Source: Aquificaceae bacterium
GTDB taxonomy: Bacteria > Aquificota > Aquificia > Aquificales > Aquificaceae
DNA: 39,417 nt
NCBI GenBank assembly: GCA_039630345.1
Contig: JBCNVD010000006.1
Span: forward strand, 1-39,417
Direction: 5' to 3'
Shown: positions 13,186 to 23,990 of the stretch, one piece after another
Numbering within the stretch: the stretch's first letter is position 1
Layout: each line of letters opens with the position of its first letter
The notes under the pieces: generated by a model
The model's database searches: none
Seen by the model: the letters and a program-made list of their open reading frames with translations, nothing else
Told to the model about the DNA's origin: nothing
Made by a program: the position numbers and the translations under genes

Positions 13186-14530
13186 CTGTTATTATTTTTG
13201 CGTCAAATTCCTTTCTGACCATTTCTTTGTATTCGTTGTCTTCTTTTATGATTTCAAAGTTTATCCTTGGGTCTACTGATTTGATTTTCTGCATGTCCTT
13301 TTCTGAAAATTCCCCGCCAAGTAAATAAAATGTTATTTTATCTGGTTTTTCTTCTCTTTTTACTGTCTTTAGCAGGTTAAAAAGCTGCGGATCAAGGTTT
13401 TTCTGAAGTTTTTCCATAATGTCTTCAGTGTAGCTTATGTTTTGAAAGAGTTTTGATATGGGAAGAATCTCCTTGACTATGAGGGTTTTTATTATTGCGG
13501 TTTCGTATGCTAAAAGCGGGTCTCTTCCGCGCGCCTCTTGGCGCGCGCTTTGGATTAATTTTTCTAAATATAAAAGTGCCTCGATAGGAACATCCTGGCT
13601 CTCATAGAAGCTATCTGCCCTTAGGAGTTTTTTTGGCTCTTTGAGTGCTTTGAAAAGTAGCATATTGTGAATTTCTGTCTCAAGGTCTAGCCAGAAGCGC
13701 TGGAGGTTAAACCCGGCTCTATAGAGGTTTCTTAGTTCCAAAAGAGCCTCGTCCACATTTGAGTTAAGGAGGAGCTTTATAAAGTCCCTGACTTTTGAGA
13801 GTGATACAAAGCCAAGGGCTTCTTCCAGGAGCTGTTTTGTCACTTTTGGAGCCATGATGCTTACTTGCTCCAGAATCGAAAGAGCGTCCCTGATTCCGCC
13901 ATCGCTTAAAAGTGCTATTTGCATAAGGGCTTCTTCTTCAAAGTCTATGTTCTCTTGCTTGCAGACTTTGATTAGGTGCTCTTTTATCAGCTTTGGCTCA
14001 GGAGAAGTTAGAAAAAATCTCTGACAGCGAGAGACTATCGTGGGCGGAAGCTTTTCGTATTCTGTGGTGCAGAGGATAAAAAGGGTTTTGCTTGGTGGCT
14101 CTTCAAGGGTCTTTAAGAGCGCATTAAAAGCCTCTTTGGTTAGCATATGAGCCTCGTCCAGAATAAAGACCTTATATTTGCCCTTTATGGGCAGATATTG
14201 TGAGCCTTCGCGAAGAGCTCTTATGTCGTCAATGCCCCTGTTTGACGCGGCATCTAGCTCTATTAAATCCGGAAAGCTCTGGCGCTCTATGGATGTGCAG
14301 TTTTCGCATATCCCGCATGGCTCTCCTGATTGGGGACTTAGGCAGTTAAGGGCTTTTGCAAGGAGCCTTGCAAGGGTCGTTTTGCCAGTGCCTCTTGGAC
14401 CGGTGAGGATATAGCCGTTTGATACCTTAAGTCGCTCCGCGGAGGTTTTTAAAATTTTTACGACATGAGAGTGACCTACGACCTCTGAAAACTTCTTTGG
14501 TCTGTATTTGTTTGCCAAAGAGGTTGGCAT
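13160..14530 (-). CDS. dnaX: DNA polymerase III subunit gamma/tau
   Basis: KYRPKKFSEVVG, GPRGTGKTT, Zn motif C..C..CENC, ELDAASNRG, DEAHML, SRC; SD AAGGAG. Confidence 0.95.
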   Translation of the reverse strand: MPTSLANKYRPKKFSEVVGHSHVVKILKTSAERLKVSNGYILTGPRGTGKTTLARLLAKALNCLSPQSGEPCGICENCTSIERQSFPDLIELDAASNRGIDDIRALREGSQYLPIKGKYKVFILDEAHMLTKEAFNALLKTLEEPPSKTLFILCTTEYEKLPPTIVSRCQRFFLTSPEPKLIKEHLIKVCKQENIDFEEEALMQIALLSDGGIRDALSILEQVSIMAPKVTKQLLEEALGFVSLSKVRDFIKLLLNSNVDEALLELRNLYRAGFNLQRFWLDLETEIHNMLLFKALKEPKKLLRADSFYESQDVPIEALLYLEKLIQSARQEARGRDPLLAYETAIIKTLIVKEILPISKLFQNISYTEDIMEKLQKNLDPQLFNLLKTVKREEKPDKITFYLLGGEFSEKDMQKIKSVDPRINFEIIKEDNEYKEMVRKEFDAKIITDESKGYTS

Positions 14531-14573
14531 CTTAACTCCTTGCCTTATCTTAATATTTTAGGAGGAATAAACC

Positions 14574-17015
14574 ATGTTCGAGAAGTTCACCGACAAGGCA
14601 AGACAGGTTATCCTGCAAGCAAGAGAGGAGGCCATGGAGCTTGGCCATACATACCTAGGGAGCGAGCACATACTTCTATCTTTAATAAAAGAAGAAGACC
14701 TTCCCTCTTTGGTTATATCCCGCTTTGGTCTTACAGTGGATAAAGTCAGGAGGGCAATCACAAGCCAGATTACAAAAGGAAACCACTCAGGGGAGATACT
14801 CTTTGCCCCTGATGCGAAAAGGGTTTTGGAGTTTGCAGTAGAAGAGGCGAGAATCCTGCACCATCAGTTTGTGGGTCCTGAGCATTTGCTTATTGGTGTT
14901 GTGCGCGAAAAGACAGGCCTTGGCGGAAGGGTTTTAAGAGGCTTTGGACTGGATGAGTATTCTGTAAGAAGAGAGCTCTTGCAAATCCTTGGCGAGCTTC
15001 CGCCTCAGGAAAGTGCAAAGCACGCCCCTACGCCAAACCTTGATAGATTCTCAAGAGACCTAACCCAGATGGCCAGAGAGGGCAAGTTAGACCCTGTGAT
15101 TGGAAGGGAGAGAGAAATCGAAAGGGTCATTCAGATTCTTGTAAGGAGAAGGAAAAACAACCCGGTTTTGCTAGGTGACCCAGGCGTTGGTAAAACCGCG
15201 ATAGTAGAGGGACTCGCCCAGAGAATAGCAGCCCGTCAGGTTCCTGAACCTTTGCAAACCAAAAGGGTGGTTGCCCTTGACCTTGCAGCTTTGGTTGCAG
15301 GCACAAAATACCGCGGTCAGTTTGAAGAGCGCTTAAAAAACATTCTCAAAGAGCTTGAAAAAGCGCCGCATGTAATACTTTTTATAGACGAAATTCACAC
15401 CTTAATAGGCGCAGGTTCTGCAGAAGGGTCTATAGATGCTTCGAATATGCTAAAGCCCCCGCTTGCCAGAGGTGAAATTCAGGTAATAGGTGCAACGACT
15501 CTTGATGAATATAGAAAATACATCGAAAAAGACGGAGCCTTGGAGCGAAGATTCCAGCCAGTTATAGTAGAGCAACCGTCTCAGGAAGATGCTATCAGGA
15601 TTCTCTTTGGTCTAAAGTCAAAGTTTGAGGAGTTTCACAATGTTGAATATACAGTCGAGGCCGTTGAAAAATCTGTCCAGCTTGCGGAGCGCTACATAAC
15701 CGAGCGTAATCTGCCTGACAAAGCAATTGATGTCCTGGATGAGGCCGGCTCTTTGGTAAAGCTTCGAGCCTATAAATTGCCCCCGGAGCTGAAAGAGCTT
15801 GAAGATATGATTAAAAGTCTAGAGGTCAAAAAAGAAGAGGCTGCCAACTCCCAGGATTATGAAAGAGCTGCAAAACTCCGCGACGAGGAGCTACGCCTTC
15901 GTGCAAGACTTGAGAGTTTAAAAGCAAGATGGAAGCAGGAAATGACCGCAACGCGCCCTAAGGTTACTCAGGAAGATGTTGCGGAGGTGGTTTCTGTCTG
16001 GACTGGCATTCCCCTAAGGAGAATCCACGAAAGCGACATGCAAAAGCTTCTAAACATCGAACAAGAATTGCACAAAAGAGTAGTAGGTCAGGAAGAGGCA
16101 ATAAAGGCAATAGCCCGTGCAATAAGGCGTTCAAGGGTTGGTCTAAAAGGTAGGCACAGACCCATAGGCACTTTTCTCTTTCTTGGTCCAACTGGAGTTG
16201 GCAAAACCGAGACCGCAAAGGCTCTTGCTGAATATCTTTTTGGTTCAGAAGAGGCTCTAACTAGATTTGACATGTCTGAGTATATGGAAAAGCACACTGT
16301 TTCAAGGCTCGTTGGCGCGCCCCCGGGGTATGTAGGTTACGAAGAGGGAGGTCAGCTAACAGAGAGGGTAAGGAGAAGACCCTATTCAGTGCTTTTATTT
16401 GACGAGATTGAGAAAGCTCATCCGGATGTTTTTAATATCTTTCTGCAGGTCTTTGATGATGGTAGATTAACGGATGCAAGCGGTAGAACCGTTGATTTTT
16501 CAAATACCATCATTATCCTGACCTCAAACCTTGGTGCAAGACTTATCACTCAGGGTTCAAACATGGGCTTTGAGAAAAAGTTTGGCATGCTTGACTATGA
16601 GCAGATGAAGAAAAATGTGCTCGAGCAGGTTAAAAAAGCCTTCAATCCAGAGTTTTTAAACAGACTCGATGAAATCATCATCTATAAACCTCTCCAGAGA
16701 GAGGATGTTTCAAAAATCATCAATCTTATGCTCGAAGATGTTAATAAAAACCTCTCTGAGTGGAGCGTGCAGGTTAGCTTTGACGAGAGTTTTGTCAACT
16801 GGCTGATAGACAACGAATATAGGCCAGAGTATGGCGCAAGGAGCGTCAAAAGAGCGCTTCAGCGTAATGTAGAGGATTTGCTTGCAGAAGAGCTCCTAAG
16901 AGGTTCTCTATCTGATGTAGAGATGGTGGAAGTTTTTGTATCAGAGGGCAAGCCGGCTCTTAGGCCTGTAAAAGCCAGGGAAAAGCTAGAAGAAGTGATT
17001 TTCAAGCAAACCTAG
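14574..17015 (+). CDS. clpC: ATP-dependent Clp protease ATP-binding subunit ClpC
   Basis: Two Clp-N repeats; two AAA+ domains ([16 protein letters not shown]); UVR-like coiled coil ([12 protein letters not shown]); MGF ClpP-docking loop; SD AGGAGGA. Confidence 0.95.
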   Translation: MFEKFTDKARQVILQAREEAMELGHTYLGSEHILLSLIKEEDLPSLVISRFGLTVDKVRRAITSQITKGNHSGEILFAPDAKRVLEFAVEEARILHHQFVGPEHLLIGVVREKTGLGGRVLRGFGLDEYSVRRELLQILGELPPQESAKHAPTPNLDRFSRDLTQMAREGKLDPVIGREREIERVIQILVRRRKNNPVLLGDPGVGKTAIVEGLAQRIAARQVPEPLQTKRVVALDLAALVAGTKYRGQFEERLKNILKELEKAPHVILFIDEIHTLIGAGSAEGSIDASNMLKPPLARGEIQVIGATTLDEYRKYIEKDGALERRFQPVIVEQPSQEDAIRILFGLKSKFEEFHNVEYTVEAVEKSVQLAERYITERNLPDKAIDVLDEAGSLVKLRAYKLPPELKELEDMIKSLEVKKEEAANSQDYERAAKLRDEELRLRARLESLKARWKQEMTATRPKVTQEDVAEVVSVWTGIPLRRIHESDMQKLLNIEQELHKRVVGQEEAIKAIARAIRRSRVGLKGRHRPIGTFLFLGPTGVGKTETAKALAEYLFGSEEALTRFDMSEYMEKHTVSRLVGAPPGYVGYEEGGQLTERVRRRPYSVLLFDEIEKAHPDVFNIFLQVFDDGRLTDASGRTVDFSNTIIILTSNLGARLITQGSNMGFEKKFGMLDYEQMKKNVLEQVKKAFNPEFLNRLDEIIIYKPLQREDVSKIINLMLEDVNKNLSEWSVQVSFDESFVNWLIDNEYRPEYGARSVKRALQRNVEDLLAEELLRGSLSDVEMVEVFVSEGKPALRPVKAREKLEEVIFKQT

Positions 17016-20000
17016 CTGCGGCCGGGTTCTCCACGGGGAAGACCCTGGAGACCCCCTCTCTTGCACTCACTCCGATGACTTTTGTAGCATAACTTGCAAG
17101 TACCTCTCTTAAGGTCACTACTATAAACTGCGCATTTTGAGAGCGTTGACTTATAAGTTTTGCTACAGTTTTTGCGTTTGCTTCATCAAGATGTGCATCT
17201 ACCTCGTCAAAGTAATAAAAGCAAGAGGGTCTATAATCCTGGATTGCAAAAATTAGAGCAAGAGCCCCTAAAGTTTTCTCTCCCCCGGAGATTGCATCAA
17301 GAAACTGCACCTGCTTACCCCTTGGCTTTAGCATCATTTGCACCCCGCCTGAAAAAGGGTCGTCTTCTCTTTCAAGAGTTAAAAACGCCTGACCGCCGGG
17401 GGATAGCTCGGCAAAAATCTTTTTAAAGTTTCTATTTATGGCGTTAAATGTTTTGATAAAAGTTTTTAACTTTTTTGAATCTATTTCTTCTATCAGGGAT
17501 AGGATGCTTTTCCTCTCTGAATTTAATTTGTCTAATTTTGAGCTATGCTCGTCAAATCTTGATTTGACCTCCTGATAATCTTCCTCGGCTTTAAAGTTTA
17601 TGTTGCCTAGCTTCTCTAGTTCAAGGGAGAGTTTTTTAATCTCCTTTTCGATCTGTGACTGGGAGAGTTTATCAAGACCTTCTTCCGCTGGTTTTTTAAG
17701 ATTTTGTATGGACAGGCTGATGTTTGATTCCTCTTCTTTTAACTTTTGCAGTTCTGATTTTAGATTAAGCTCTTCGTTTTTGAGTTGCTGTAGCTTTAAC
17801 TCAGCAATGCCGCATAAGGATCGCTTTTTATTGAGATTTGTCTCTATACTGTCTTTCTGAGTCTTTAAATTATAAAAATCAGAACCCAGAGAGTTTAACT
17901 CTATCTGCTTTTGCAATTTGAGAGCTCTTTTGTCTTCTAGCTCCTTTTCAAGCTCAAGTAGCTTTTGAGTGGATTCTTTGATGGAGTTTAAAATTCCGGT
18001 ATATTTTAGCTCCAGATTTGACACTTCGCCAGTCTTTATTAAAATTTCTTTTTCCAGATTCTGGATAGAGTTATTTTTCTCTTCCAGTATGGAAGAGATT
18101 TCTTCTCTTCTTTTTCTTATATTTTCAAGGCCTGAATTCTGAATTTCCTGTAATATGTTCATTTTTCTTGTCAGAAGAGTTGAGATTTGATTTTCTATAG
18201 AGCTAATATTTTCTTCTGCGGTTTTTATCTCTGTCTGAGTTTTTTCTATTGACCTATTTAGGTTTTCTATGTAAGAGGTTGCACTGCTTATCTTTTTTTG
18301 AATCTCTTTGATTGAGTTAAAGGCCTTTTCTGCCGATTGTTGAAGGTTTTTTATTTCTCTTTTGTTGACGCTTTCCAGAGCTTCTGCTGAGATTATTTGA
18401 GTGGATAGGTTGTTAAATTCCTGCTTTTTGTGGTCTATTTCATTTCTAATAGATTCTAGCTTCTCTTCCAGTCTTTTAAGCTCCTGAGCGTAAAATGCCC
18501 TGCTTAATTCTGAGCGCTCGCTTATAAATCCGCCCGAGATGATACCCGTTTTTTCAAACAGTTCCCCCTCAATCGTTACGATTCGATATAGCCCCGCAGG
18601 TGCAAGTTTTGCATCGCTAAAGGTCTCTACAAGAATCGTATCTCCAAATACAAATTTTGCAACTTTCTCAAAGCGCTTTTCAAATTCCACTAAGTTTACT
18701 ACAAAGTCTATTGCGCCTTTTATTCTGGGCAAGGATGAGGGAATTTTGGTATCTTTAATGCGGTTAAGGGGGATAAAGCTCATACGACCCAGAGAAGACT
18801 CTTTCAAGCGACTTATGCAAAGCCTCGCGACATCTTCGTTTTCCACGACTATATAAGACATCCTGCTCCCTGCGGCAACCTCAACTGCCTTTGCATATAT
18901 GCTGTCTTTTAGACTAATTAGATCTCTAAATCGTCCAAAAACGCCACTTATTCCATCAAATATCTGTATGTCTTCTGAGGCGTTTTTGAGTTTTAGTCTT
19001 AAGGTCGATATTTCCTCTATAAGTTTGTTTTGCTCGGATTCAAGCTCTTTAATTTCATTATAGACTTTCTGCTTCTTGGTTTTTAGTTGCTCTAAATTGG
19101 TTTGAGAACGGCTTTTTTCAAGCTCAGATATTGTTTTGGTGTATTCTCCAAGGACTTTCTTTTGCTCTATTTCCTGGGTTTTTAAGTTCTCTAACTCAGA
19201 AGAGGTGCTTTTGAGTTTATTTAAAAGATTGCTATGTTCTGTTTTTAGCTTTTCAAGATTGGAGCGACCTGCAGAAAGTTTTGACTGAAGTTCTTGCTGG
19301 AGAGATTCTAACTTTTCCAGCTCACTGAGTGTGTTTGAGAAGATATTTTCCTTTTCAAGAAGCGTCTTTAGCTCTTGATCGAATTTTTCTCTAAGTTCTT
19401 TAAACTCCTTTTTTAACTTACCAAGATCTGTTTGCTTTTGCTCTAGCTGTTGCTTTTTTTGTTTTAATTGATCTTCTAGCGATGTTGCATCAAGTTGAAG
19501 AGAATTTATATTCCTATTTGTAGACTCTATTTCAGTATTTAGCTGGTTTTCTCTGGATTCGAGACTTTCAAGCATTTGACCAAGTCTTCCCAGATGTTCC
19601 CCAAAGGGCAGGATTTCCCCCTCTAGCTTCTTTAGCTCCGACTCGAGATTTGATATTTGAGCTTTGAGCTCTGACAACTCAGATTCAGTCTTCTCTGCTT
19701 CCTGAGCTTTCTCTTCGATAGAGTCTAGAGTTTCCTGAATTTTTTCTCTTAGAGAGCTTAGTTTTTTCTCAAGAAGCAGATATTCAAGTCCGGACTTTCT
19801 TTCCAAAAGCCTTTTATGGGTATTTAAAACATTTAATTCGTTTTCAAGGCGCTCGAGCTGGGTTTTTAGCTCTTCCTGAAGGGTTTTTAATTGCGTTAGT
19901 TTTACCTCGACTTCCCCAAGGTCTTCCAGTGCTTTGCTGCGCTTTTGGTCGTATTCTCCTATGCCTGCTATTTCTTCAATTAGCTTTCTTCTCTCTACAG

Positions 20001-20457
20001 GGCTCATTTTGATAAATCGCACAACATCGCCCTGCAAAACCACATTGTAGCCATTTTCGTAAATGCCTGCTTTTGATAAAAGCTCTAAAAGATCCCTTTC
20101 GCGAACGCCTGCGCCATTTACCCTAAAAACTGAGCGCCCCTCGTGGTCTATTTTGCGAGAGATAACGACCTCTTGCCCAAGTTCAAAGAGCCCTTCGTTA
20201 TGAAAGTGCACCTCCACCAGTGCATGATTGGCTCTATCAGACCCTTTTGAATATATAAGATACGAAAGGTTTTTTGCCCTCAGCGCTCTTGCGCTTGCTA
20301 TACCAAGAGCAAAAGATATTGCGTCTCCTATATTTGACTTTCCTGCTCCGTTTGGACCAACTATCGCCAGAAAGCCAGGCGCCAGAGGAATCTCCAGCCT
20401 CTGTTTGCCATAGGATTTAAACCCCTCTACTACTATCTTTTTTATCCAGGCTCTCAC
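17002..20457 (-). CDS. smc: Chromosome segregation protein SMC
   Basis: GFKSY, Walker A GPNGAGKS, long coiled coils around a hinge (GVFG...GRMSFIPL...GIISGG), signature ISGGEK, Walker B FDEVDAHLD; GTG start. Confidence 0.95.
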   Translation of the reverse strand: MRAWIKKIVVEGFKSYGKQRLEIPLAPGFLAIVGPNGAGKSNIGDAISFALGIASARALRAKNLSYLIYSKGSDRANHALVEVHFHNEGLFELGQEVVISRKIDHEGRSVFRVNGAGVRERDLLELLSKAGIYENGYNVVLQGDVVRFIKMSPVERRKLIEEIAGIGEYDQKRSKALEDLGEVEVKLTQLKTLQEELKTQLERLENELNVLNTHKRLLERKSGLEYLLLEKKLSSLREKIQETLDSIEEKAQEAEKTESELSELKAQISNLESELKKLEGEILPFGEHLGRLGQMLESLESRENQLNTEIESTNRNINSLQLDATSLEDQLKQKKQQLEQKQTDLGKLKKEFKELREKFDQELKTLLEKENIFSNTLSELEKLESLQQELQSKLSAGRSNLEKLKTEHSNLLNKLKSTSSELENLKTQEIEQKKVLGEYTKTISELEKSRSQTNLEQLKTKKQKVYNEIKELESEQNKLIEEISTLRLKLKNASEDIQIFDGISGVFGRFRDLISLKDSIYAKAVEVAAGSRMSYIVVENEDVARLCISRLKESSLGRMSFIPLNRIKDTKIPSSLPRIKGAIDFVVNLVEFEKRFEKVAKFVFGDTILVETFSDAKLAPAGLYRIVTIEGELFEKTGIISGGFISERSELSRAFYAQELKRLEEKLESIRNEIDHKKQEFNNLSTQIISAEALESVNKREIKNLQQSAEKAFNSIKEIQKKISSATSYIENLNRSIEKTQTEIKTAEENISSIENQISTLLTRKMNILQEIQNSGLENIRKRREEISSILEEKNNSIQNLEKEILIKTGEVSNLELKYTGILNSIKESTQKLLELEKELEDKRALKLQKQIELNSLGSDFYNLKTQKDSIETNLNKKRSLCGIAELKLQQLKNEELNLKSELQKLKEEESNISLSIQNLKKPAEEGLDKLSQSQIEKEIKKLSLELEKLGNINFKAEEDYQEVKSRFDEHSSKLDKLNSERKSILSLIEEIDSKKLKTFIKTFNAINRNFKKIFAELSPGGQAFLTLEREDDPFSGGVQMMLKPRGKQVQFLDAISGGEKTLGALALIFAIQDYRPSCFYYFDEVDAHLDEANAKTVAKLISQRSQNAQFIVVTLREVLASYATKVIGVSAREGVSRVFPVENPAAARFA

Positions 20458-20475
20458 TTGAAATTTTAGTATAAC

Positions 20476-21735
20476 TCAACACTCAAAAAGGTAATAAACA
20501 CCATCGAACTCTCTACCGCGCAGCTTTAGCCGACAGCTCTTTTCCAGCTCCTTTGACTTTGTGATTACAAGCCCTGAAGGGTTTTCAACGCTCTTTATGC
20601 ATCTACTGAGATAAAAAACAACAGCTGAGTTTTCTGATTTGTAAAAATAAATCTCGCTATTTTCGCCAGCAAGAGACTCTCTAACGAGCTTTGTAAAGCG
20701 AAGATTTTCCACCTTTGGCAATAGCAAAATCATAAAACCCAGCAAAAGCCCGGAATAAACAAGGACTCTCTTTAGATAATCCCACGAGATGGATAGACCG
20801 ATTATCAGCGCTATTGCGGGATAAGAGGGTAATATGTAGTGATGAAGACGGTTTTGAGCAATTGTAAAAAACCCCACAACAAATATAGCCCACAGCAAAA
20901 GACTAAAAAGCCCGTCGCGATTTTTTCCAAAACTCTTAAGAGCTGGCAAAAACCATACAAAAGCAAGTGCTAAAACTATCAGATAATAGTAAACAGGGGC
21001 AGGATGGACCTCTCTTGCGCCTGTAAAGCGCATAAGATTTTCAAAGAGAAAAAACCTGTAGAGATATTCAAATCCAAAGCTATAAACCATTGCGACATAC
21101 CACCAGATAGATACCAGCAAAAATATAGCAATGCCTCTTGGCTTTAGAATCTTTAAGTCTTTTCTCAAGATAAAATATATGCCAGTTGCCAAAAGAGGTC
21201 CTACTGGACCTTTGGTAACCATGCTAAACCCAATAAAAGCCCAGCCAATTAAAAATTTATTCAAAAGCCACAAGTAAAGCCCAAGCAGGATAAAGAAAGT
21301 ATTGAGCATCTCTGGAACAAAAGCCCTTGATTCTATCCACATATGTGGCACTGATAGCAAAACCAGAGCTCCTTTTAGGGCGCTTTCGCGATTTGAGATG
21401 ATTTTGCCTATGAGAAAGGTCAAAAAAACAACCCCAATTGCGCTAAGACCAGAAACAAGTCTTGCACTAAATTCGTTAAATCCAAAAAAGATAGAACTAA
21501 GACTTGCACTCCAGTATAGCATCGGCGGTTTTTCAAACCTTGGAAGGCAGTTATAGTATGGCTCTATAAAGTTTTTGGTCTTTAGCATATGAATCGTTGC
21601 AGCTGCATTTCTGCCCTCGTCAGGGGAAGTAAAGCTAAAGAGCCAGGAACCAAAGATAAAAAAGTAAAACCCCAGGGGGATAATTAGCCAAAGAGCCAAA
21701 CGCTCAAGAAAATACTCAGACTTCCTACTATCCAT
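20476..21735 (-). CDS. ArnT/PMT-family (GT-C) membrane glycosyltransferase, possibly a lipid A glycosyltransferase
   Basis: PDEGRNA, RFEKPPMLYW, ARLVS, TKGPVG, HYILP motifs of the ArnT family; start uncertain (52-bp overlap with upstream gene). Confidence 0.85.
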   Translation of the reverse strand: MDSRKSEYFLERLALWLIIPLGFYFFIFGSWLFSFTSPDEGRNAAATIHMLKTKNFIEPYYNCLPRFEKPPMLYWSASLSSIFFGFNEFSARLVSGLSAIGVVFLTFLIGKIISNRESALKGALVLLSVPHMWIESRAFVPEMLNTFFILLGLYLWLLNKFLIGWAFIGFSMVTKGPVGPLLATGIYFILRKDLKILKPRGIAIFLLVSIWWYVAMVYSFGFEYLYRFFLFENLMRFTGAREVHPAPVYYYLIVLALAFVWFLPALKSFGKNRDGLFSLLLWAIFVVGFFTIAQNRLHHYILPSYPAIALIIGLSISWDYLKRVLVYSGLLLGFMILLLPKVENLRFTKLVRESLAGENSEIYFYKSENSAVVFYLSRCIKSVENPSGLVITKSKELEKSCRLKLRGREFDGVYYLFEC

Positions 21736-22175
21736 CCTGCCACAACATCAACAGGGTAGTGAACGCCCATATAAACCCTTCCATAGCCAATTAAAAGAGC
21801 ATAAATCAGCCCTTGCCAAAGTCCGCACATAAATAAAGTTCCTGCAACCACTGCAGATAGCGCGCTATCGCCTGAGGGGAAAGACTTGAGCTTGAGATTT
21901 TCAAGCACATAAACGCCCTGTAAAGAAATGGATGGGCGCTTTGCTCTTACAATTCTTTTAAGCACTGCAACGATTATCCCGCAAATTATAAGAGCAAATA
22001 TATAAGGTATTACGAGAGAGCTATCAAGAAGATAAATAACTGGCAAGAGTGCAATGCCGAACCAACCCTTGCCAAATAGGTAAAACCTTTTAAAAAACCC
22101 GTCCAAGAACTTGCTTCTTCTTGAATTTATTGCAAAAAAAACCTCTCTGTTGAGAGGAAAGTCCTCAACATTCAT
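21684..22175 (-). CDS. PAP2-family membrane phosphatase, LpxE-like
   Basis: K-x6-RP (KRIVRAKRP), PSGD (variant of PSGH), R-x5-H (RVYMGVHYPVDV). Confidence 0.85.
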   Translation of the reverse strand: MNVEDFPLNREVFFAINSRRSKFLDGFFKRFYLFGKGWFGIALLPVIYLLDSSLVIPYIFALIICGIIVAVLKRIVRAKRPSISLQGVYVLENLKLKSFPSGDSALSAVVAGTLFMCGLWQGLIYALLIGYGRVYMGVHYPVDVVAGWIVGSLSIFLSVWLFG

Positions 22176-22594
22176 AAATATTTAAATGTTATGCTACCTG
22201 ATTTAACTTCCTGCACTTCAAGAGTGAGTTTCTCTTTTGAAAGATATTGCACAAAGCCTTCAATTAATCCCATCAGGAAGTAAATGAGCGGTGAGCTAGA
22301 TAAGTCTCCTTCCATTGCATGGGTAAAAGCATCTTTGTGAAAGATTATCTGTCCTTGCTCTTTGAAAACCTGCTCGGCAAAGCCAAGCTCTTGCATAAGC
22401 ACGCAGCTTCTGAGTATTGCATCTTCCCGGGCCAAGGTTTCGGGAAAATGTCCCATTATGTTTTCAAACATTTTTGGACCTGCTTGCCTGCCAGAGTCGC
22501 GAAGGACTGCTTTTGAGCCCTTATCCCCTATGACGCTCTTTACCCCCTCTGCCATTTTCACTATAGAAAAGACCAAAATTTCTGGATCTATCAT
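22172..22594 (-). CDS. Hypothetical protein, V4R/HNOB-like ligand-binding fold
   Basis: Pattern G..gskavl...G...G, ELGFA, FLMGLIEGF resembles V4R-clan proteins; has its own extended -10. Confidence 0.55.
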   Translation of the reverse strand: MIDPEILVFSIVKMAEGVKSVIGDKGSKAVLRDSGRQAGPKMFENIMGHFPETLAREDAILRSCVLMQELGFAEQVFKEQGQIIFHKDAFTHAMEGDLSSSPLIYFLMGLIEGFVQYLSKEKLTLEVQEVKSGSITFKYL

Positions 22595-22612
22595 AAGGTA
22601 TATAATACCATA

Positions 22613-23971
22613 TCAGCCTATAGCACCGTAGGTGCGGGCTCTAAATTTAGCCCCAAGAGAAAGTGCAAGCTCTCTGGTTTTATCTATGTCTACCCCCGGA
22701 TAGTCAACGGCACTTGCTATGACTTCAAAGCCATTTTGCAACGCCTCTTTGATAAATTCGCAAACTTTATGGAAAGTATCAGCCCTTACGGGCTTGCAAA
22801 TGAGATTATAAGTCTCATCGTTCTGGGCATTTAGACTAACAGACCAGATGTCAATAAGTCCTTTAAGCTCTTTTAGACGCTCTTTAGGTGTAAAGCTTAG
22901 CATAAGGCCGTTTGTATCGACCCTGACCCTTTTTGCGCCTTTTGATTTAAGCCATGCGCTTACTTCCTTAAGGGTATCAAAGCGCAAAGTGGGCTCTCCA
23001 TAACCACAGAAGACGACCTCTTCGTAAGGAGTTGGGTCTTTGATTGCCTCAATTATCTCCATAGTGGAAGGGTCTCTCTCAAGCCACACCCAGTGACCCT
23101 TAACAGTAAAGTCTCGCTCGCGCTCTCTTTGACAAAATACGCAATGCAGGTTGCATCTGTTTGTAAGGTTTATATAAAGCCTGTTGTTTATAACATAAGT
23201 TATGGTGTTTGAAGGTCTTTCAAGACCGAGATTGAAGAGTTTTTTGGCATTCTGGGATGTCATTCTGATGATATCTTCCAGGTTGCTATTTGGGACCAGT
23301 TTAGAGAGCTCTTCAGCAACGTATATGAGGTTTTTCGGCGTGTTTTTCTGACCCCTTTTTGGCTGAGGGGGTAAATAAGGTGAGTCTGTTTCTATGACTA
23401 TTCTGGTCGTTGGCGTTTTTGAAGCGACTAATCTTAGCTCTTTTGCCCCCGGATAAGTTAAAATGCCCGAAAAAGATATGTAAAAACCCATATCAACGCA
23501 TGCCATCATAAACTCATATGAACCTGTAAAGCAGTGCATGACCCCGCCTGTTTCGTGAGCTCTTTCTTCTTTTAAAATTTTTAAAGTTTCCTGATCTGCC
23601 TGACGGGAATGCACAACCAGAGGAAGCCCGAGCTCTCTTGCAAGCCTTATGTGCTTTCTGAAAGACTCTTCCTGTATGTGAGGGGGCGAATAGTTTTTAT
23701 AAAAGTCAAGACCTGTTTCGCCTATGGCTTTTACCTTTTTGCTTGAGAGGGCCTTTTCTTTTAGCCACTTTATGTCGCAGGACTCTGCATCATGCGGATG
23801 AAAGCCAATGGCACAAAAGACTTTTTGGTTGCTATCTGCGAGCTCTATGGCTTTTTGAGATGTCTCAAGGTCGTATCCAACAGTTATTAAATATTCCAAA
23901 GAACCATCTCTCAAGGTAAGTTCAAGCTCATCAGAGTCAAGCAAGCTAAGGTGGCAGTGAGTGTCTATCAT
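22613..23971 (-). CDS. TatD family nuclease fused to C-terminal radical SAM domain
   Basis: MIDTHCH, GFHPH, IGETGLD, VHSR, MHCF, ETDSPY (TatD); YINLTNRCNLHCVFC (CxxxCxxC), FCGYGEPT, DTNG (radical SAM); start moved to ATG at 23971. Confidence 0.9.
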   Translation of the reverse strand: MIDTHCHLSLLDSDELELTLRDGSLEYLITVGYDLETSQKAIELADSNQKVFCAIGFHPHDAESCDIKWLKEKALSSKKVKAIGETGLDFYKNYSPPHIQEESFRKHIRLARELGLPLVVHSRQADQETLKILKEERAHETGGVMHCFTGSYEFMMACVDMGFYISFSGILTYPGAKELRLVASKTPTTRIVIETDSPYLPPQPKRGQKNTPKNLIYVAEELSKLVPNSNLEDIIRMTSQNAKKLFNLGLERPSNTITYVINNRLYINLTNRCNLHCVFCQRERERDFTVKGHWVWLERDPSTMEIIEAIKDPTPYEEVVFCGYGEPTLRFDTLKEVSAWLKSKGAKRVRVDTNGLMLSFTPKERLKELKGLIDIWSVSLNAQNDETYNLICKPVRADTFHKVCEFIKEALQNGFEVIASAVDYPGVDIDKTRELALSLGAKFRARTYGAIG

Positions 23972-23990
23972 AAGAGAAATATTAACCCTT

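Noticed and set aside
13160..14530. Programmed frameshift or slippage in dnaX producing gamma
   Set aside because: Single uninterrupted ORF; I could not identify a convincing slippery site with a stimulator
17600..19900. AT-rich, repetitive-looking stretch suggesting foreign DNA or repeats
   Set aside because: It encodes the K/E/L/Q-rich SMC coiled coils; no nucleotide-level tandem repeat
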